Assembly (NCBI GenBank): GCA_958296445.1 | Contig: OY282565.1 | Span: forward strand, 2,589,570-2,653,569 | Reading direction: 5' to 3' | Length of the DNA: 64,000 nucleotides | Source of the DNA: an uncultured Dehalococcoidia bacterium | Lineage (GTDB): Bacteria > Chloroflexota > Dehalococcoidia > Lucifugimonadales > UBA3495 | In this document: positions 63,691-64,000 of the stretch, one piece after another | Numbering within the stretch: position 1 is the first letter of the stretch | How the letters are laid out: each line of letters opens with the position of its first letter | Notes under the pieces: generated by a model | Told to the model about the DNA's origin: nothing | Databases searched by the model: none | What the model saw: only the letters and a program-made list of their open reading frames with translations | Program-made: the position numbers and the translations under genes

Positions 63691-64000
63691 CCAAGCAAGC
63701 TGCCTGTCACCCTAAGCAAGCCGTCTATCATTCCGAGCAAAGCAAAGACGCCGTGGGCAGCAAGACCCTCCCCCTAGCTCAGGCCGCCAAAAAGGAATCC
63801 CGCAATTCTCCCCAAGAATACCTGAACCGGCCAACAAAGGAACGCGGCCAACCCCAACACGCGCCGACCCCACCCCACACCGCCCCCCGTAGGGGCGCAC
63901 AGCCGTGCGCCCCCGCAAACACGTCCGACCACCAACAAAAAACCCCAACCCCACCCCCGCCGCCGATCATTCCAAGCAAACCGCCCGTCACAAGCAAAGG

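Overview
High-GC bacterial chromosomal segment whose given (+) strand is markedly C- and A-rich. It is probably from a Chloroflexota / Dehalococcoidia-like (SAR202-type) organism; this is an inference from the tmRNA tag GEREFALAA, the paralog-rich catabolic gene content and the repeat families. There are about 50 credible protein genes. Five CaiB/BaiF family III CoA-transferase paralogs are interleaved with a CitE/HpcH-type acyl-CoA lyase and a double-hotdog MaoC hydratase. Oxidoreductases and hydrolases include an LLM flavin monooxygenase, GMC, SDR, VOC, alpha/beta hydrolase, amidase, isochorismatase-like, MBL and M20 proteins. Four peptide/opine-type ABC permease pairs and five family-5 binding proteins are served by only one ATPase pair. 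There is also an orphan DctP-like binding protein, two CDF metal exporters, tRNA-Asp and tmRNA. Accessory content comprises a truncated IS transposase at the left edge, a Uma2 endonuclease, an HsdR-N-like gene of foreign composition, a tandemly amplified DUF2283/toxin-like cassette, three mini retropepsin-like proteins and a DUF4926 protein. Main observations: (1) a GrdB-family selenoprotein is hidden as two ORFs split by an in-frame UGA followed by a SECIS-like hairpin; (2) base and codon usage are strongly mirrored between the two strands; (3) intergenic space is saturated by at least six hairpin repeat families, all co-oriented, one of them with MITE-like terminal inverted repeats and variable-number head repeats; (4) many short tandem duplications capture gene starts or break genes (amidase). 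Many long ORFs in the supplied track are composition artefacts or repeat-derived N-terminal extensions.
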